Shown here: piece after piece, positions 43,560-52,624 of the stretch
Numbering within the stretch: position 1 is the stretch's first letter
How the letters are laid out: each line of letters opens with the position of its first letter
Translations under genes and position numbers: made by a program
Notes under the pieces: generated by a model
Told to the model about the DNA's origin: nothing
Database searches by the model: none
What the model saw: the letters and a program-made list of their open reading frames with translations, nothing else
DNA from: an uncultured Pelagibacteraceae bacterium
Lineage (GTDB): Bacteria > Pseudomonadota > Alphaproteobacteria > Pelagibacterales > Pelagibacteraceae
DNA: 64,000 nucleotides
Assembly: GCA_902601785.1 (NCBI GenBank)
Contig: CACKOH010000001.1
Span: 54,688 to 118,687, forward strand
Reading direction: 5' to 3'

Positions 43560-44828
43560 TTAAGCCGCTGTAGTCTTATTTGACTTAGATTTACTGTCAC
43601 CTTTTGCATGAACCAAAATAGGTTGAGACTGACCCTTTGCAGCACTTGCATCGATAATTACTTCATCAATATTTTCTTGGCTTGGTAAGTCGTACATTGT
43701 TTTTAACAATATATTTTCCAAGATTGATCTTAATCCTCTTGCACCTGTCTTTTTTTTGATTGCTTTTTGAGCTATCTCTTTAAGTGCATTTTCTTTGAAA
43801 ATCAATTTAGCACCATCTAATTTAAATAATTCTTGATATTGTTTAGTTAGAGAGTTTTTTGGCTCTTGTAATATTTTTATTAAAGATTTTTCGTCCAGAT
43901 CCTCAAGTGTTGCAATCATTGGTAGTCTTCCTATAAATTCTGGAATTAATCCAAATTTCAATAAATCCTCAGGCTCAAGTCCTTTCATCCACTCGCCAGT
44001 TTTCTTGTCTTGAGTATTTTTTACATCAGCACCAAATCCAATTGAAGTTCCTTTATCTCTTTGAGAAATTATTTTATCTAATCCAGCAAAGGCACCCCCA
44101 CAAATAAATAATATATTTGTTGTATCAACTTGCAAAAATTCTTGTTGTGGATGTTTTCTACCACCTTGTGGAGGAACACTAGCAACAGTACCCTCCATAA
44201 TTTTTAGTAAAGCTTGTTGTACACCTTCACCTGAAACATCTCTTGTAATTGACGGATTTTCTGATTTTCTACTAATTTTATCAACCTCATCAATATAAAC
44301 AATTCCTCTTTGTGCTTTTTCTACATTATAATCAGAAGCTTGTAACAATTTTAAAATAATATTTTCGACGTCCTCACCTACATAACCAGCTTCTGTTAAT
44401 GTAGTTGCGTCGGCCATAGTAAATGGTACGTCTAAAATTCTTGCAAGCGTCTGTGCTAATAAAGTTTTACCACAACCTGTAGGGCCTACTAAAAGTATGT
44501 TTGATTTTGAAAGTTCAACATTTTTACTTGTCTTGCTCTCATAATTTAATCTTTTATAGTGGTTGTGAACTGCAACAGATAAAACTTTTTTAGCGTGACC
44601 TTGTCCAATTACGTAATCGTCTAAAACGGTACAAATTTCTTTTGGTGAAGGAAGACCATCTTGGTGTTTAACAAAAGTATCTTTACTCTCTTCTTTAATG
44701 ATATCCATGCACAACTCAACACACTCATCACAAATGAAAACAGTTGGTCCAGCAATTAATTTTCTAACTTCATGCTGACTCTTTCCACAGAAAGAACAAT
44801 AAAGAATATTTTTATTATTTGTTGTCAT
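43560..44828 (-). CDS. clpX: ATP-dependent Clp protease ATP-binding subunit
   Basis: CSFCGK zinc finger, [16 protein letters not shown] and IGF loop. Confidence 0.98.
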   Translation of the reverse strand: MTTNNKNILYCSFCGKSQHEVRKLIAGPTVFICDECVELCMDIIKEESKDTFVKHQDGLPSPKEICTVLDDYVIGQGHAKKVLSVAVHNHYKRLNYESKTSKNVELSKSNILLVGPTGCGKTLLAQTLARILDVPFTMADATTLTEAGYVGEDVENIILKLLQASDYNVEKAQRGIVYIDEVDKISRKSENPSITRDVSGEGVQQALLKIMEGTVASVPPQGGRKHPQQEFLQVDTTNILFICGGAFAGLDKIISQRDKGTSIGFGADVKNTQDKKTGEWMKGLEPEDLLKFGLIPEFIGRLPMIATLEDLDEKSLIKILQEPKNSLTKQYQELFKLDGAKLIFKENALKEIAQKAIKKKTGARGLRSILENILLKTMYDLPSQENIDEVIIDASAAKGQSQPILVHAKGDSKSKSNKTTAA

Positions 44829-44916
44829 AATTTTTTAAACGAATCAATTAAAATACTCTATTATAGATCTCTCCTAATAATCAAGTTTGGATTAAACTAA
44901 TTCAATATATTGTGTA

Positions 44917-45528
44917 TCAAGATCTTTTTTCTACAACTTCGTCAATAAGACCAAATGACTTTGCTACGTCAGCAGTCATGAAATTATCTCTTTCAAGAGC
45001 AGATTTTACTTCATCAACGCTCTTACCTGTATGCTTTGAATAAATTTCATTTAATCTTTTTTTCAATGATAAAACTTCATTCGCATGGATCTCAATATCG
45101 GTTGCCTGACCTTGAAAACCAGCTGAAGGTTGGTGAACCATTATTCTTGAATTTGGTAATGAAAATCTTTTTCCTTTAGTTCCAGCTGCTAATAAGAATG
45201 ATCCCATCGATGCAGCTTGTCCTATACATAAAGTTGAGATATCAGGTTTTACATATTGCATAGTATCATAAATACCAAGTCCAGCTGTTACTAATCCACC
45301 AGGACTATTTATATATAAATAAATTTCTTTTTTTGGATCTTCTGCCTCTAAAAATAATAATTGGGCAGTAACAAGTGAGGCTACATTGTCGTTTATTTGC
45401 CCTGTTAAAAAAATTATTCTTTCTTTTAAAAGTCTTGAATAAATATCGTATGCTCTCTCACCCTTGCTAGATTGCTCAACAACCATTGGAACTAAGTTAC
45501 TCATATGTTCAGATAATTTTGTTGTCAT
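44917..45528 (-). CDS. clpP: Clp protease proteolytic subunit
   Basis: [24 protein letters not shown] and HQP motifs. Confidence 0.98.
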   Translation of the reverse strand: MTTKLSEHMSNLVPMVVEQSSKGERAYDIYSRLLKERIIFLTGQINDNVASLVTAQLLFLEAEDPKKEIYLYINSPGGLVTAGLGIYDTMQYVKPDISTLCIGQAASMGSFLLAAGTKGKRFSLPNSRIMVHQPSAGFQGQATDIEIHANEVLSLKKRLNEIYSKHTGKSVDEVKSALERDNFMTADVAKSFGLIDEVVEKRS

Positions 45529-45560
45529 AATTGATTCGAATTCACTTATACAACTTGAGA

Positions 45561-46991
45561 TTACTTTTTGCTAACTTTTTTTATTTTTTTGTTAGCTGGC
45601 TTTGATTTTGCTGTTTTTGTTGATGATTTTTTTTCATTAGCAGTTTTAACATCAGATTTTTTCTTACTTTCTTTTTTTTCATTATTATAATCGTGCATTT
45701 GGTCATTTGCTTCTTTTAAAATTTTTTCAGCTTCAGATTTTGATATCTCCTTTTTATTAGCTTTACCTTTTTCTTTAATTAAATTTAAAATTTTTTCTTC
45801 ATAAACTGTTCCTCTTAAGCTAGCAACTGCAGATGGATTTTTTTGATAAAAATCCATAACCATTTTTTCTTGCCCAGGCATCATCCTAAGTTGTTTTTGT
45901 ACCTCATTCTGAATTTCAACTTCACTTACTTTTATTTGATTTTTTTCTCCAAATTCATTTAAGATTAGTCCTGTCTTAATTCGAGTTTTAGCTTTGTCCT
46001 CAAAAGTTTTCTTATTTTTTTTTACTTCTTCTTCCGGCATTCCTTGTGATAGAATTTTAACTTCTTCCTCGATTAGATTTTCAGGAACTTCTTCAACTTT
46101 AATTTTTTCAATTTCTTTTAAAATCTGATTTTTTGACAATTGATCAAGTGAGTTTTTATATTCATCATTAATTTGTCTTGAAATTAAACTTTTTAGATCC
46201 TTTAAATCTTTAGCACCTAAATTTTTTGCAAAGTTGTCATCAATCTTAACTTCTTCTGGGTGTTTTACATTTAAAATTTTACAATTGAACTTAGCTTTTT
46301 TGTTTATCAATTCTTTTTCAGGAAAATTCTCAGGTAATATCGCTTCAACTATTTTTTCATCATCTTTCTTTACTCCAATTAACTGCTTATCAAATCCTTT
46401 TAGGAATAAATCTTTTCCTAAAGTTAATTGAGTATTTTTTCCCTCATTCCCTTTAAAATCTTTACCGTCAATTGTTGCTTTGTAATCTAAAGCAACTAAA
46501 TCACCATCTTTTGCTTTTGTCTCAGGTTTGGTATCTTTGAAATTTGGTTGATTTTTTGCTATTTCTTTTATTCTTTTGTCAGTTTCACTATCGTCTATCT
46601 TAACTGTGTATTGATCAAATTTTATATTTTCTAATGATTTAATATCAACTTTAGGTAATTCAGTAACTGATAAAACATATTCTAACTTTTTATCTTCTCC
46701 ATAAGTTTTTAAATCCAATTTAGGTTGACCAGCTGGTTTTATTTTATTTTCTTCTAAAGCTTTTGTTGAAGTATCTTTCAAAACTTTGTCTAGAACTTCT
46801 CCAAATACAGCCTTACCAAATTGTCTTTTTAAAACCTCTTTTGGAACTTTTCCTGGTCGAAAACCTTTCAGATTTACAGTCCCTTTAATCTCTTCATACT
46901 TTTCATCCATATAAGAGTTCATGGTCTCTTTATCGATTAAAATTTTCAGATCTTTTTTTAAACCTTTTTTATTTTCTATTGTGACTTTCAT
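45561..46991 (-). CDS. tig: Trigger factor
   Basis: GFRPGKVP ribosome-binding loop, FKBP domain; tRNA-Leu-tig-clpP-clpX synteny. Confidence 0.96.
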   Translation of the reverse strand: MKVTIENKKGLKKDLKILIDKETMNSYMDEKYEEIKGTVNLKGFRPGKVPKEVLKRQFGKAVFGEVLDKVLKDTSTKALEENKIKPAGQPKLDLKTYGEDKKLEYVLSVTELPKVDIKSLENIKFDQYTVKIDDSETDKRIKEIAKNQPNFKDTKPETKAKDGDLVALDYKATIDGKDFKGNEGKNTQLTLGKDLFLKGFDKQLIGVKKDDEKIVEAILPENFPEKELINKKAKFNCKILNVKHPEEVKIDDNFAKNLGAKDLKDLKSLISRQINDEYKNSLDQLSKNQILKEIEKIKVEEVPENLIEEEVKILSQGMPEEEVKKNKKTFEDKAKTRIKTGLILNEFGEKNQIKVSEVEIQNEVQKQLRMMPGQEKMVMDFYQKNPSAVASLRGTVYEEKILNLIKEKGKANKKEISKSEAEKILKEANDQMHDYNNEKKESKKKSDVKTANEKKSSTKTAKSKPANKKIKKVSKK

Positions 46992-47001
46992 AATATCTTA
47001 A

Positions 47002-47086
47002 TGGTAGGGCGAAAAGGACTCGAACCTTCACATGTTGCCATATTGGTTCCTAAGACCAACGCGTCTACCAATTCCGCCATCGCCCC
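47002..47086 (-). tRNA. tRNA-Leu (TAG)
   Basis: Reverse complement GGGGCGATGGCGGAATTGGTAGACGC...CTTAGGA...long variable arm...GGTTCGAGTCC...TCGCCCTACCA. Confidence 0.96.
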
Positions 47087-47186
47087 ACAAATTACGAGGT
47101 TTTATATATTATTGAAACTATTTGTCCAATGACAAATGCTTAAAAATTATCTATTTATAAGACTAATTTTATATTACTTTTAAAAA

Positions 47187-47438
47187 ATGATTATTTCACC
47201 TTGCATAAGTATTTGTAAAACAGATCCTTCTACAGGGTATTGTTATGGATGTGGTAGGAGCAATGAAGATAAGCAAATATGGAAGAAAGAAGATACATCT
47301 GATGATTGGAAAAAAAACAATCTAGAATTGATTAAAAAAAGATTATCCGGCTGGCAACTTGAGAGCTTCAATGAGTCTTATGAATATAAGATAAATAATG
47401 GAATGTCTTTGTTTAAAAAAAAACAAATTAAAGAATAA
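47187..47438 (+). CDS. DUF1289-family cysteine-rich small protein
   Basis: SPCISIC..DP.TGYCYGCGR...W motif. Confidence 0.85.
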   Translation: MIISPCISICKTDPSTGYCYGCGRSNEDKQIWKKEDTSDDWKKNNLELIKKRLSGWQLESFNESYEYKINNGMSLFKKKQIKE

Positions 47439-47446
47439 AAATCTAT

Positions 47447-47620
47447 ATGAGTAAAGTAAAATTAATTAGTTTTATTTATGCTATAGGAATAATAATCGGT
47501 GCTCTCTTTCTTGAAGTCTGGGCTATAGAAACATCATTTATTAAAACTATTGGAGTTTTTATATGGACAATAGTGTTTATAATCGCGATATTTTTTGCCG
47601 ATAAAAATGAAAAAGAGTAA
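47447..47620 (+). CDS. 57-aa two-transmembrane microprotein (not in ORF track)
   Basis: Manual translation MSKVKLISFIYAIGIIIGALFLEVWAIETSFIKTIGVFIWTIVFIIAIFFADKNEKE; starts 8 nt after the upstream stop and overlaps the next start. Confidence 0.7.
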   Translation: MSKVKLISFIYAIGIIIGALFLEVWAIETSFIKTIGVFIWTIVFIIAIFFADKNEKE

Positions 47621-48038
47621 CTTTAGATCATTTCTTTTAGTAATTTCTATTTTGATATTTAGTCTTACTAAGTGCTATTCTGAAATAATTGTGTTGAGCA
47701 AGTGTGATCATAAAGAGGATGAATTTTTAAAAAATGAATACATCTTAAACCTAAATGAATTACTTATGACTAGAAATTATGTTTATAATGAAAAAACATA
47801 TCAGAAGTACAGAATAACTGATCTTAGCGTTAAAAAGTCTAACACATATGTAAGAAATATTTATGAAGAAGATGGTAAAATTTTTACATTAAAACATGGC
47901 TATCCACAATTTTATACGCAAATATTATTTTATAAAGAGAAACCAGAAATATTTATGAAATCAGTTTTAAATGATATTGAGGGTATCTCAAAAATATCAA
48001 CTTGTAAGAAAATAGAAAAATTTGATCAACAAAGTTAA
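47607..48038 (+). CDS. Hypothetical exported protein
   Basis: Basic N-terminus plus hydrophobic signal segment from the ATG at 47607; Cys near each end of the mature part; no family recognised. Confidence 0.65.
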   Translation: MKKSNFRSFLLVISILIFSLTKCYSEIIVLSKCDHKEDEFLKNEYILNLNELLMTRNYVYNEKTYQKYRITDLSVKKSNTYVRNIYEEDGKIFTLKHGYPQFYTQILFYKEKPEIFMKSVLNDIEGISKISTCKKIEKFDQQS

Positions 48039-48172
48039 ACTTTATTTTTTTTTACATCTTTATTTTTTGTTAGAAACTTTTTTTTGAGATCAAATCTACT
48101 ATTTGAAATGTTTGAACGATGTTTTGCGTATGCTTGCTTTTGTGCTTGTCTCATAGCTTTTTTTGATGACAT
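48035..48172 (-). CDS. 45-aa highly basic microprotein (not in ORF track)
   Basis: Manual translation MSSKKAMRQAQKQAYAKHRSNISNSRFDLKKKFLTKNKDVKKNKV; fills the gap exactly. Confidence 0.55.
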   Translation of the reverse strand: MSSKKAMRQAQKQAYAKHRSNISNSRFDLKKKFLTKNKDVKKNKV

Positions 48173-48183
48173 GGTTCTTTAAT

Positions 48184-48741
48184 TTAATATTCAATTTCTA
48201 AAGTATCAATAACTTTTAAGCTTTTATCTGATATGACAATCTCACCGGATGAAGGTGCGTAATTTAAAATTTCAGAAATCACTACATAATGTGTAACGAA
48301 AACTAAATTTTGATTTTTGTCCCAAGTGCTAATAAATTTATCAAAATCAATAACTTGCTTTTTTCTATTATTGGCAAATTTTGCACTAAAAAATGAATTT
48401 AGAAAATTCTTAGTTTTATATTCTTTAAAGGCAATAGATGCTGTTTCTTTACATCGACACCATTCACTAGAATAAACTTTTCCAATTGAAATTTTATTTT
48501 TCTTAAAAAAATTTCCAATTTTTTTTGATTGAACCCTCCCACTATCACTTAAATTTCTTTGAGTTAAACAATCGTTAATATCGAAATTATCTGGATCGCC
48601 GCCACCGGGGGCATAAGCATGTCTTATGAAAATTAACTTTCCACCCTTTTGTAATTCATTAATTAATGTTTGACTTGAATCTGCTTTAACTACAGAGCTA
48701 ATAGTTATAAATATTATCAATAAAAATTTTAAAAATTTCAT
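48184..48741 (-). CDS. Exported histidine phosphatase (phosphoglycerate mutase superfamily)
   Basis: Signal peptide; IRHA, QRNLS..G, SSEWCRC.ETA and VTH motifs. Confidence 0.85.
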   Translation of the reverse strand: MKFLKFLLIIFITISSVVKADSSQTLINELQKGGKLIFIRHAYAPGGGDPDNFDINDCLTQRNLSDSGRVQSKKIGNFFKKNKISIGKVYSSEWCRCKETASIAFKEYKTKNFLNSFFSAKFANNRKKQVIDFDKFISTWDKNQNLVFVTHYVVISEILNYAPSSGEIVISDKSLKVIDTLEIEY

Positions 48742-48743
48742 TA

Positions 48744-49418
48744 ATGAATATTAAATTTAAAAAGTTAAATAAAACAATTATTAAATGCAAAAAATGTCCA
48801 AGATTAGTAAAGTTTGTAAAAAAAATTTCTACTGAAAAAAGAAAACAAAACATTGGTGAAAATTATTGGGGTAAGCCATTAACTGGTTTTGGTGAATTTA
48901 ATTCTAAATTAATGATACTAGGATTGGCACCAGCTGCTCATGGAGGAACTAGAACTGGAAGAGCTTTCACTGGAGATAAATCAGGAGATTTTTTATTCAA
49001 ATGTTTATATGAAACTGGTTTTGCTAATCAACCTATTTCTAAAAACTTAGATGACGGATTAAAAATTAAATCAACATATATTACAAATATTTTGAAATGT
49101 GTTCCTCCAGGTGACAAACCATTAAATGAAGAGTTAGAAAACTGTTCAATTTATTTAAATAGCGAAATTAAAAACCTAGAAAAATTAAAAATTATACTCA
49201 CACTTGGAAAACTTGCTTTTGATAATTGTGTTAAATTTTATAAGAAAAATTATAAGATTAATGGAAAGTTTTTGTTCAAACATGGTAAAAAATATTATCT
49301 ACCAGATGGCAAATTATTATTTAGCTCTTATCATCCAAGCCCAAGAAATGTAAATACTGGTATATTAAATCAAGAAAAAATGAAAAACATATTGATCTCA
49401 ATTAAAAAATTATTGTAA
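48744..49418 (+). CDS. Uracil-DNA glycosylase, family 5 (UdgB-like, Fe-S type)
   Basis: CKKCPRL, GLAPAAHGG.RTGR.FTGD.SG, KCVPP..KP and YHPS..N motifs. Confidence 0.9.
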   Translation: MNIKFKKLNKTIIKCKKCPRLVKFVKKISTEKRKQNIGENYWGKPLTGFGEFNSKLMILGLAPAAHGGTRTGRAFTGDKSGDFLFKCLYETGFANQPISKNLDDGLKIKSTYITNILKCVPPGDKPLNEELENCSIYLNSEIKNLEKLKIILTLGKLAFDNCVKFYKKNYKINGKFLFKHGKKYYLPDGKLLFSSYHPSPRNVNTGILNQEKMKNILISIKKLL

Positions 49419-50525
49419 CCATTTTAATGATTCAATATCATTGCAAGAAATAATTTCATTGTCTTTTCTACTTTCAAAAATATTCAAAAAAGAAGTTGGT
49501 GATAGTTTTTCGTTATAAAATTTCTCAAGATTATCTTGTTTAATTTTAATTTCTTCATCACTCATATTTAAAGCCGTTAAAATCGACTTATGTAAAGATT
49601 CATAATCGTTAAAATAAATATAATCATTTTCAGATATGAGAGGTTTATGTAAATTAGCATAATTTGATATAGGAACTGTTTTCATTTTAATTCCCTCAAT
49701 CAAATGATGACATAAAGGCATATCAGCACCTGGAGCTGTGAGAATGAAATTACTTTTTGAAATCAACTCTAAATGTTGTGTATTACTAAGGTTAGTTTTT
49801 GATTTTTTAATTAAACCATCGTTTACTGACAAAATTATGGGTGTTTTTGAATGATCTACTTTATTTAAATCTTTATAAGATTTTAGAAAAAATATTTTGT
49901 CATTAAAGTTTTTAATAATAAATTCAATTATCTCAATTCTATTCAATAGCTTAACTTTATCTTCCGTAAACCACGTAAATTTACCATAAACTTCATTGTT
50001 AGTTGATCCAGAAAAGAAGATTTTAATTGGTTTTAAATTTAATTTAAATTTTTCTAAATCTTCATAATTAGAATTGTAAATTTTTGGATACATATAATAT
50101 GGTAAATATAATTTTTCCTCTTTATATTTATTAAAATAATTTGTATTAAAATTTAATCCATCCTGCTTTTGACTATTTAAATTAAATTTAATTTTATTTG
50201 ATTTTTTAACAAAAAAATTTGGTGTTGAATTCAATACAAAATTCTTAATACCTACTTTTTTTACAAAATCCAAAATTGATAACGAAATATTATAAGAAAA
50301 ATTATATTTAGATTTCAAGCTTTTAAATAAAAAATTTATAAATCTGTTGTCTTTATTTTTATAGTTTCCAATATCTATATAATTTTTTTTTTTAGTATGA
50401 AAAAAACAATTTATTATTACAAATATAAATAACCAGCCTTTTTTCAGAATTAATTCAAGACTTATTAAAAGTGACTTAAATTTTGAATATTTTTTAGTTC
50501 TTGGATTTTCTAGATCATGTGCCAT
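49410..50525 (-). CDS. Putative glycosyltransferase (exostosin/GT-B-like C-terminus)
   Basis: IFFSG and S.FILTAPG...PLCHHLIE....TVPI resemble the exostosin-type donor-binding motif; weak family call. Confidence 0.5.
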   Translation of the reverse strand: MAHDLENPRTKKYSKFKSLLISLELILKKGWLFIFVIINCFFHTKKKNYIDIGNYKNKDNRFINFLFKSLKSKYNFSYNISLSILDFVKKVGIKNFVLNSTPNFFVKKSNKIKFNLNSQKQDGLNFNTNYFNKYKEEKLYLPYYMYPKIYNSNYEDLEKFKLNLKPIKIFFSGSTNNEVYGKFTWFTEDKVKLLNRIEIIEFIIKNFNDKIFFLKSYKDLNKVDHSKTPIILSVNDGLIKKSKTNLSNTQHLELISKSNFILTAPGADMPLCHHLIEGIKMKTVPISNYANLHKPLISENDYIYFNDYESLHKSILTALNMSDEEIKIKQDNLEKFYNEKLSPTSFLNIFESRKDNEIISCNDIESLKWLQ

Positions 50526-50540
50526 TTAAAAAATTCCATA

Positions 50541-50963
50541 TTATATTTTTATTTCATTTTTTACATATGGCATAAAATTTTCTATTATTTCATCTGGTAT
50601 TTTTTCTGGTTTTCCCTCACTATTTACAAAAACCAAATGTATTTCTGCTTCAGTTATCAATTCTTTATCGTGCATGATTAACTGTTTCATTATTAAAGAT
50701 GTTTTTTTTAAAGATATTATGTGAGATACAATATTTAATTCATCCTCTAAATGAGCGGATTTTTTATATTCAATATTGCAGGATTTAACAATTATCAGAG
50801 CTCCAAATTTATTTTTTATTTGTGTATTGCTCAAACCTATCTTTGATAAAGCTTCTGTTCTTGCTCTCTCAATAAATTTTAGATAATTCGCATAATAAAC
50901 AACTCCCCCAGCATCTGTATCCTCATAATAAACCTTAACTTGGTGATGAAAATTTTTATGCAT
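50541..50963 (-). CDS. ybgC: YbgC-family acyl-CoA thioesterase
   Basis: VYYEDTDAGGVVYYANYLKFIERARTE motif; start at 50963 preferred. Confidence 0.88.
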   Translation of the reverse strand: MHKNFHHQVKVYYEDTDAGGVVYYANYLKFIERARTEALSKIGLSNTQIKNKFGALIIVKSCNIEYKKSAHLEDELNIVSHIISLKKTSLIMKQLIMHDKELITEAEIHLVFVNSEGKPEKIPDEIIENFMPYVKNEIKI

Positions 50964-51018
50964 TAGAAATAATATCAAAAAAAAGAGAATTTAACACAAA
51001 CTAAGATATAAGATTATT

Positions 51019-51159
51019 ATGAAAGTTTATATTATCTGGTTAATTGGAGTGATTTTATGGAACTTTGGGTTTCCAAATGCAATACCAATCGCAGATGTTA
51101 TCGCAGCAATTTTATTGTCATTTTTGAGTATTGGATTAAAAAAGTATTTAAAATGGTAA
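51019..51159 (+). CDS. 46-aa two-transmembrane microprotein (not in ORF track)
   Basis: Manual translation MKVYIIWLIGVILWNFGFPNAIPIADVIAAILLSFLSIGLKKYLKW; its stop abuts the next gene's stop. Confidence 0.7.
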   Translation: MKVYIIWLIGVILWNFGFPNAIPIADVIAAILLSFLSIGLKKYLKW

Positions 51160-51810
51160 TTAATCTGCTGAAAAATAAATATTCTGAAAATAAGAAATTG
51201 ATTTCATTTTTGAATTGTCAGTATCAGCCATTATAGCTAGACCATCTAATTCATTCACATCTAAATTATGAAATCTTTTAAAATCCTCTTTAACATTTGC
51301 TTTTACTGTAACCCATTCATCAAAGTTATTTTTAGTTGAAGCTAGCACATTATCTATGGATTTTTTAGTATAAGGACTTGGTCTGTTTTTACCAACCTCA
51401 TCGTTACTAGAAAAAACATAATTAATTGCTCTATTTGATAAAGGTGTAGCTCCAGTTTTTTTAATTGCAAATACTCTAGCTGCATAATCATGGCCTTTTT
51501 TAGTGTTTTCTTTAATTCCTCTTAGATCTTTTTCTATTTTCCAAGTAATATTAATATAAGGTGTTTTATTTAGATCAATTTTTATCTCTTTACCAAGGCC
51601 AGAGGCAGCATTATCTGCGATAGCTATTAAAAAATTACCATTCTCATTTGAGCCAACTGAATAATTTGTTTTATTATCTGCTCCTCTTACTTTACGAATT
51701 TCTAACTCTGAAAGCTCTTTTTCAGTAAACTCAAAAATTATTATATTCTCAGCAGCTACAGAACTAAATAAAAATAAAAATATAAAAATTGTTTTGAAAA
51801 CTTTTAACAT
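51160..51810 (-). CDS. DUF3047-family exported protein
   Basis: Signal peptide; ASGL, DL..TP..N.TWK, DYAARV, INYV and AIMADTDNS motifs. Confidence 0.8.
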   Translation of the reverse strand: MLKVFKTIFIFLFLFSSVAAENIIIFEFTEKELSELEIRKVRGADNKTNYSVGSNENGNFLIAIADNAASGLGKEIKIDLNKTPYINITWKIEKDLRGIKENTKKGHDYAARVFAIKKTGATPLSNRAINYVFSSNDEVGKNRPSPYTKKSIDNVLASTKNNFDEWVTVKANVKEDFKRFHNLDVNELDGLAIMADTDNSKMKSISYFQNIYFSAD

Positions 51811-51872
51811 TCAGTTCTTATAGATAAATTATTTTTAAATTCAACGATCTATAAAATTTTTGAATTGTAAAT

Positions 51873-52619
51873 TCAATAAGTAGATCTACCACCACTTATG
51901 TCAAAAACAGCAGCAGTCGAAAAAGTATTCTCTTGTGAGGAAAGCCAACAAACTAATGAAGTAAACTCATGTATTTCAAGAAATCGACCTCTTGGAACTT
52001 TAGAAAGCATTCTTTTTACATGTTCTTTGCTCATTTGATCTAAAATTCTTGTTTTTGCACCTGCTGGTGTCACAGCGTTAACAGCAATATCTTTATCAGC
52101 TAACTCTTTGCCAAGCGCCTTAGTGAGACCAATAGCACCAGCCTTTCCAGAACTATAAGCACTAGCATTTGCATTTCCGTCCTTACCTGCGACTGATGCG
52201 ACATTTACTATTCTACCATAATTGTTCTTAATCATATTTGGGACAATTGCCCTGCAACAATTAAATGTACCCATTAAATTAATTTGTACTATTTTATTCC
52301 ACATTTCTACATCATACTTCCAGAGAGGATCTGTAGGACCAGTAATTCCTGCATTGTTAATTAAAATATCAATTTTATTTTTACTTGTTATTTCACCAAC
52401 AAATTTTTCGACCTCAGTATAATTTGAAACATCAACTAAATGATAATTTAAATTCGGATTGTTAATCTCATCTATTGTTTTTTTTAAAAGATTTTCATCT
52501 ATATCCCAAATAAAAACATTACATCCAGACTCTAGAAATCTTTTAGCAATATCTAATCCAAAACCTTGGGCTCCCCCAGTTATAATGGCTGTTTGATTTT
52601 TAAAATCAAATTTGTGCAT
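51873..52619 (-). CDS. SDR oxidoreductase, resembling the LRA5 (2-dehydro-3-deoxy-L-rhamnonate dehydrogenase) subfamily
   Basis: TGGAQGFG, NNAG, ASVAGKDGN.NASAYSSGK and C-terminal FDISGGRSTY; substrate is inferred. Confidence 0.85.
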   Translation of the reverse strand: MHKFDFKNQTAIITGGAQGFGLDIAKRFLESGCNVFIWDIDENLLKKTIDEINNPNLNYHLVDVSNYTEVEKFVGEITSKNKIDILINNAGITGPTDPLWKYDVEMWNKIVQINLMGTFNCCRAIVPNMIKNNYGRIVNVASVAGKDGNANASAYSSGKAGAIGLTKALGKELADKDIAVNAVTPAGAKTRILDQMSKEHVKRMLSKVPRGRFLEIHEFTSLVCWLSSQENTFSTAAVFDISGGRSTY

Positions 52620-52624
52620 ATGGA

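Noticed and set aside
47087-51159. Possible genomic island next to tRNA-Leu
   Set aside because: The block lies on the tRNA 5' side; I saw no integrase, transposase or duplicated tRNA end. It is better described as a variable small-gene region.
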